Shown here piece by piece: positions 33,999 to 34,706 of a stretch of DNA of 34,706 nt. The DNA comes from a virus (taxonomy: Duplodnaviria; Caudoviricetes). Made by a program: the position numbers and the translations under genes. Location of the stretch: positions 1 through 34,706 of IMG/VR virus record IMGVR_UViG_3300045944_000246. One strand, given 5' to 3'. The notes under the pieces were generated by a model. It was not told where the DNA came from and made no database searches. It was given only the letters and a program-made list of their open reading frames with translations. Numbering within the stretch: position 1 is the stretch's first letter; the number at the start of each line of letters is the position of its first letter.

Positions 33999-34706
33999 CG
34001 AACCACCGCGAAGACATCCGCCCGCGGACGTTTCAGCGGCTTCGACTCCGGGCCCTTCACATGAGGCACGACCCAGGTCACGCGCGCGCCGTTCTCAATG
34101 CGGCGCCAGTGGCCGCGTACCAGCCACCGGCAGGACCAGTCAACCGTGCGGCGCGCATCGGACAGATCACGCTCATACGCGCGCCGGCGCAGTTCGATCA
34201 CGCGCACCTCAGCCGGGTCATCACGCGTGAGGGCGAGCCGTCGCCGGGTCGCTCGGTCCGCTCGGACACGCCCCGCGGTCACAATCCGCTGATGGATAAA
34301 TGAGAAGCACGCAGCCGCATAGCGGAGCTTCATCGTCATGCGATCCGCTTTGACGGAATCAGCAACCTGGCCATGCAGCTGTTCCATCACCCGTGACAGT
34401 GGCTCACCGATGATCCAATCCGCCATCGTGAAGGGCGCAGGGATCGCTGCACCTCGAACATCGAGATAGAACACAAAGCGCAGGCGCTCACCTTCATAGG
34501 CGCGCAACCCCTCACCAAACGGCATGAACGCGCGCCCCTCCTGCTCTACGACGTTCGCCCAACTCACTGCGCGCAACGGCGCGACATGGTCAGGGTGATC
34601 CGGTAACGGCAGCGGTGACGCGAACCAGAAGAATCCGTAGGCGTCTGGGATCACCTCCTCAGACAGCGTCCAATCTGGGATCGCAGGCGCGGCATCCTGA
34701 ACGAGC
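33995..34706 (-). CDS. 3' part of the junction-spanning hypothetical protein (WLVRGHWR motif)
   Basis: Open frame continuous with 1..354; C-terminal RWLVRGHWRR...WVVPHVKGP. Confidence 0.8.
   Translation of the reverse strand, partial: LVQDAAPAIPDWTLSEEVIPDAYGFFWFASPLPLPDHPDHVAPLRAVSWANVVEQEGRAFMPFGEGLRAYEGERLRFVFYLDVRGAAIPAPFTMADWIIGEPLSRVMEQLHGQVADSVKADRMTMKLRYAAACFSFIHQRIVTAGRVRADRATRRRLALTRDDPAEVRVIELRRRAYERDLSDARRTVDWSCRWLVRGHWRRIENGARVTWVVPHVKGPESKPLKRPRADVFAVVR
34580..34706 (+). repeat. Second copy of the 127-bp terminal repeat
   Basis: Identical to 1-127. Confidence 0.95.

Larger units (their letters stand above)
1..34706. mobile_element. Complete temperate tailed phage genome (siphovirus-like), circular assembly, 34579 bp unit
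   Basis: Full set of packaging, head, tail, lysis, integration and replication genes; terminal 127-bp overlap; no tail sheath gene recognised. Confidence 0.95.

Noticed and set aside
1-34706. CRISPR array, diversity-generating retroelement or retron
   Set aside because: No regularly spaced repeat-spacer array and no reverse transcriptase motifs seen; the tail paralogue differences are not adenine-specific

Overview
The window is almost certainly one complete, circularly closed genome of a temperate, high-GC tailed phage with siphovirus-type gene content. Bases 1-127 repeat exactly at 34580-34706, and one gene reads through the join, so the unit length is 34579 bp. Modules: (1) early/replication operon on the minus strand (Cro-like, excisionase-like HTH, N4/N6 DNA methyltransferase, RecT-like annealing protein, TOPRIM primase-like replication protein, VRR-NUC); (2) lysogeny region (XRE repressor with two 16-bp palindromic operators, tyrosine integrase, probable attP); (3) a small accessory cassette (HTH, SWIM zinc finger, lipoprotein); (4) a long minus-strand late operon (terminase, portal-MuF fusion, protease, HK97 capsid, neck, glycosyltransferase, two tandem major tail genes, frameshifted chaperone, tape measure, tail tip, amidase). 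The most unusual signal is two antisense HNH endonuclease inserts in the late operon. Each is spanned on the operon strand by an ORF that starts just after the upstream stop and ends at the downstream gene's start or RBS, and one insert is flanked by a diverged duplicate of the host gene's 3' end. Also notable: tandem tail-tube paralogues sharing an identical 40-bp block with atypical codons, a structured portal leader, and a G8 tract that frameshifts a zinc-finger gene. All product calls come from reading motifs by eye; no searches were run. The host is unknown, though leaderless regulators and high GC hint at Actinomycetota or Chloroflexota.
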